From Actinomycetota bacterium (lineage in GTDB: Bacteria; Actinomycetota; Actinomycetes; S36-B12), in NCBI GenBank assembly GCA_010029945.1, contig RGQW01000002.1, forward strand, positions 1 through 37,307: a stretch of 37,307 nucleotides of DNA. Direction: 5' to 3'. The stretch's first letter is position 1. Each line of letters starts with the position of its first letter. Under the pieces are notes generated by a model. It was given only the letters and a program-made list of their open reading frames with translations. It had not been told where the DNA came from and did no database searches. The position numbers and the translations under genes were made by a program. Positions 34,635-37,307 of the stretch are shown in pieces.

Positions 34635-35666
34635 CTACGGAGTAATGATGATCTTGTGTGCGGTGCGGTCGCTCCTCAGCGCCTCTAGTGCGTCCCCGTA
34701 GTCCTGCACCGGGTACCGATGCGTGATCAATCCGTCCGTGCGGATCGCCCCGCTGCGAAAAGCGGCAAGCGCGTCCGGAAAAGAGTCCACCTCGGTGAAC
34801 GAGCCCATGATCGTCAACTCCCGCCGGAAGATCTCGAACGGCGAGATCGACACGAGGTCGGACTCGTCGGTGACCCCGTAATACACGATGCGGGCGCCGT
34901 TGCGCGCGACCTGCGGTAGGGACTGCACCACCGCGGCCTTCCCGGTGGCATCAATCACCACATCGAAGGCACCGAACTCCTCGACCAGCGTTGTCATCGA
35001 CCCGGCCACGTCGTGCCGGTTCATTACGAAGGTGCCGATGGGCGACAACGACGCCGCCACCGACAACTTGAACTCGTTGGGATCGGCCAACACGACGCTC
35101 GACGCCCCGGCCATGCGCAGAAACTGCGTCAGCAGCACTCCGGTCGGCCCCGCGCCGAACACGACAACTGAGCACCCGGCAAGGGGATGGAGTCGATCCA
35201 TCAAATGAGCGATACAGGCCGACGGTTCGGCGAAGACGGCCAGGTCGAGATCGATGCCGGTCGCATCGAACAACTGCGCGCCGGGCACGAGAACGTAGTC
35301 GGCGAATCCTCCCGGCGTCGAGGACCCGATTCCGGTGAACGATTCACACAGCCAGGGACGCTCCTCGGTGCAGTAGGCGCATGCTCGGCAACTCGAGTTC
35401 GGGTTGATCACGACTTGCTGGCCCTCCGACAGGGCTCCGCCGTCGCCGTCGGTGGCGTCGGCGCCCACCGCGGCGACCTCGCCGACGGTCTCGTGGCCGG
35501 GGGTGAGCGGGAAGTTCGCCAGGAACTGGCCCTGGTGCAAGTGCAGATCCGTTCCACACATCCCGGCGGCCGTCATCCGCACGAGCACGTCGCCAGATCC
35601 CGGCTCGGGTGTCGGCACGTCTCGCACGGTGAAGGACCCCGGTTGGTCATAGACCACAGCACGCAT
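34635..35666 (-). CDS. Zinc-dependent medium-chain alcohol dehydrogenase
   Basis: GMCGTDLH, GHETVGEV, the structural-Zn cysteines CRACAYCTEERPWLC and the Rossmann motif VVFGAGPTG are present. Confidence 0.88.
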   Translation of the reverse strand: MRAVVYDQPGSFTVRDVPTPEPGSGDVLVRMTAAGMCGTDLHLHQGQFLANFPLTPGHETVGEVAAVGADATDGDGGALSEGQQVVINPNSSCRACAYCTEERPWLCESFTGIGSSTPGGFADYVLVPGAQLFDATGIDLDLAVFAEPSACIAHLMDRLHPLAGCSVVVFGAGPTGVLLTQFLRMAGASSVVLADPNEFKLSVAASLSPIGTFVMNRHDVAGSMTTLVEEFGAFDVVIDATGKAAVVQSLPQVARNGARIVYYGVTDESDLVSISPFEIFRRELTIMGSFTEVDSFPDALAAFRSGAIRTDGLITHRYPVQDYGDALEALRSDRTAHKIIITP

Positions 35667-35709
35667 TGGCTCAGTATCGCGGCATGCGCCGCCGAACTAC
35701 CGTTACCTG

Positions 35710-36261
35710 GTGATCTGGGGGAAATTTCTGCCGGCCGTCGCCCTCGCCGGCGCATTTGCCGGCGCACTGCTCGTGGCGTGCGGCGGTGACACCGACTTCG
35801 TTCCGATCGAGGCGCAACCCGAGCCGGGCCTGTCCATGCCCCCTGCGGTCGAGGGCCCGTTCCCGGTGACCCGCGTGGTCGACGGTGACACCGTGCGCGT
35901 CCTGATCAAGGGACAGGACACCGCCGTGCGACTGATCGGCATCGACACCCCCGAAACGGTGGCGCCGAACCGTCCGGTGGAGTGCGCGGGCCCGGAGGCA
36001 AGCGTGTATGCGGAGCAGCTGATGTCCGGCGAGGACGTCTACCTCGAACTCGACGCAAGCCAAGGCACCTACGACAACTACAACCGGATCCTTGCCTACG
36101 CGTGGCTCGAGGACGACCTGATGGTCAACCTGGCGATGATCGACGCCGGCCTCGCACAGGAATACACCTACGACATTCCCTACGCCTACCAGCAGCTATT
36201 CCAACAAGCCGAGCAAGACGCCAAAGACGACCTGCTGGGGCTGTGGGGTCAGATCTGTTGA
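35710..36261 (+). CDS. Secreted thermonuclease (SNase) family lipoprotein
   Basis: A signal peptide with lipobox LLVACGG is present, with SNase motifs VVDGDTVRV, RLIGIDTPE and YNRILAY. Confidence 0.85.
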   Translation: MIWGKFLPAVALAGAFAGALLVACGGDTDFVPIEAQPEPGLSMPPAVEGPFPVTRVVDGDTVRVLIKGQDTAVRLIGIDTPETVAPNRPVECAGPEASVYAEQLMSGEDVYLELDASQGTYDNYNRILAYAWLEDDLMVNLAMIDAGLAQEYTYDIPYAYQQLFQQAEQDAKDDLLGLWGQIC

Positions 36262-36262
36262 T

Positions 36263-37141
36263 CTAGCGCGATCCGACGGTGGCGCGTGCGTTCTCCATGC
36301 CCGAGGCCATGAACTCCCGCGCGTGGGTGCCGAGGTCCATGCTGTCCTCCCACAGGTTCCGCCACACCGCCAACGTGTTCGACAAGTGCTGGTCCACAAC
36401 GGCCGAGGAGAACGACTCGAAGGTGATCGGCCCCTGGTAGTTCATGTCGGCCAGTGCGCCGAAGACTTCCTCGAAGTCGATGGTTCCTTGCCCTAAGTAC
36501 CCGCGATTCGATTCCCCGATGTGCACGTAGCCCAAGCGATCGCCCGCCAGGAGCAGGGGGGTTCGAAAGCCCCGCTCCTCGATATTCATGTGATACACGT
36601 CCGCGTGCACCACCACGTTGTCCTCATCGACATCGTCCATGTAGTCCAGTGTCTGCTGCACGGTGTTCAGCAGGTTGCTTTCGTACCGGTTGACGAACTC
36701 CAGGGTGATCGTGATGCCGGAGCGCGCTGACTCCTGAGCGAGTTCCTTGATGACCGCGACGCTGTTCGCGCGGGCGGCGGCCGTCCCCGGGCCGGGGTAC
36801 TTATCCATGGCGCTGAAGATCACCCCGCCGAGGTGGGTGGCGCCGACTCCACGGGCAACCTGCAAAGCAGACATCAACGTCTCGCGCCCGGCCGCCACCA
36901 ACGCCGTGTCCTCGCTGTTGATATCGGTGGCGAACGTCAAACCCAAGGTCATGGTCGCGGCTAAGCCGTGGGCCTCGAGGCGTGCGCGGGTGTCGTCCAC
37001 GTCGATAGCCGAGGGATCCAATGCGGGGATCTCGATGAGGTCGTACCCGGCGGCGGCCGTGCGCGAGATCGCGAATTCGGCCTGCTCGGGTTCCCATCCC
37101 CCCGTCCACACCAGCGCGTGCACTCCGAAAGCGTTCGTCAC
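36263..37141 (-). CDS. Sugar phosphate isomerase/epimerase (xylose-isomerase-like TIM barrel, ketose 3-epimerase-like)
   Basis: GTG 37141 follows GGGAGG. VHALVWTGGW, LEFVNRYE, YVHIGESNRGYLGQG and ITFESF are present. The ORF-track extension to 37276 would overlap the divergent exonuclease start. Confidence 0.8.
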   Translation of the reverse strand: MTNAFGVHALVWTGGWEPEQAEFAISRTAAAGYDLIEIPALDPSAIDVDDTRARLEAHGLAATMTLGLTFATDINSEDTALVAAGRETLMSALQVARGVGATHLGGVIFSAMDKYPGPGTAAARANSVAVIKELAQESARSGITITLEFVNRYESNLLNTVQQTLDYMDDVDEDNVVVHADVYHMNIEERGFRTPLLLAGDRLGYVHIGESNRGYLGQGTIDFEEVFGALADMNYQGPITFESFSSAVVDQHLSNTLAVWRNLWEDSMDLGTHAREFMASGMENARATVGSR

Positions 37142-37218
37142 AGCAACCTCCCAAAGCCCCGTTCGAGCCTCTATCCAACCCTCACTCGTGTTGGATAGAA
37201 GCGTGACCCCGGAAACCA

Positions 37219-37307
37219 ATGCGCCCGGCCCCTGGTGGCTCGATCCGGGCTTCATCGCGTTCGACACCGAGACCACGGGAGTGGACCCGGCATCGGATCG
37301 GATCGTG
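37219..37307 (+). CDS. DEDD 3'-5' exonuclease (DnaQ/epsilon-like), 3'-truncated by the window edge
   Basis: The translation MRPAPWWLDPGFIAFDTETTGVDPASDRIV carries the Exo I motif FDTETTG. Only 29 codons are visible. Confidence 0.6.
   Translation, partial: MRPAPGGSIRASSRSTPRPREWTRHRIGS

Noticed and set aside
1-37307. Mobile elements, prophage, defence systems, rRNA/tRNA genes
   Set aside because: I recognised no transposase, integrase or recombinase motifs, no terminal inverted repeats flanking a block, and no tRNA-like cloverleaf or rRNA-like segments. GC content and gene density look uniform apart from short promoter islands.

Overview
High-GC actinobacterial chromosomal segment. It opens with the conserved housekeeping run tsf(partial)-pyrH-frr-cdsA-rlmN, and the remaining ~33 kb is a dense nitrogen-compound catabolic region. 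Three modules stand out. (1) A minus-strand Lrp/AsnC-led, translationally coupled operon (class-III aminotransferase, PNPOx-family flavoprotein, DAO-type FAD oxidoreductase) lies divergent from an aminobutyraldehyde-type aldehyde dehydrogenase. (2) An eight-gene minus-strand operon (13.2-21.8 kb) encodes a beta-ureidopropionase-like nitrilase, dihydropyrimidinase, (methyl)malonate-semialdehyde dehydrogenase, a luciferase-like (F420/flavin) oxidoreductase and a four-component ABC importer with an NMT1/THI5-type binding protein. This is a reductive pyrimidine degradation operon with no canonical dihydropyrimidine dehydrogenase, and the LLM enzyme is the obvious candidate for that step. (3) A MocR-type regulator is followed by a second aldehyde dehydrogenase, PotDABC-like importer, a paralogous FAD oxidoreductase, an agmatinase-family ureohydrolase and a saccharopine/carboxyspermidine-dehydrogenase-family protein. 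A Zn-ADH-gabT pair converges on this block. Two genes (prpE-like acyl-CoA synthetase and the dihydropyrimidinase) each carry an internal, out-of-frame loss of about 70 codons and read as pseudogenes or assembly errors. A GTTACAAC-type three-box motif is shared by the two promoter regions flanking the MocR gene. Several short tandem repeats and perfect palindromes sit in intergenic regions. I found no rRNA, tRNA, CRISPR array, transposase or integrase. All functional calls come from by-eye motif recognition; no database search was possible.
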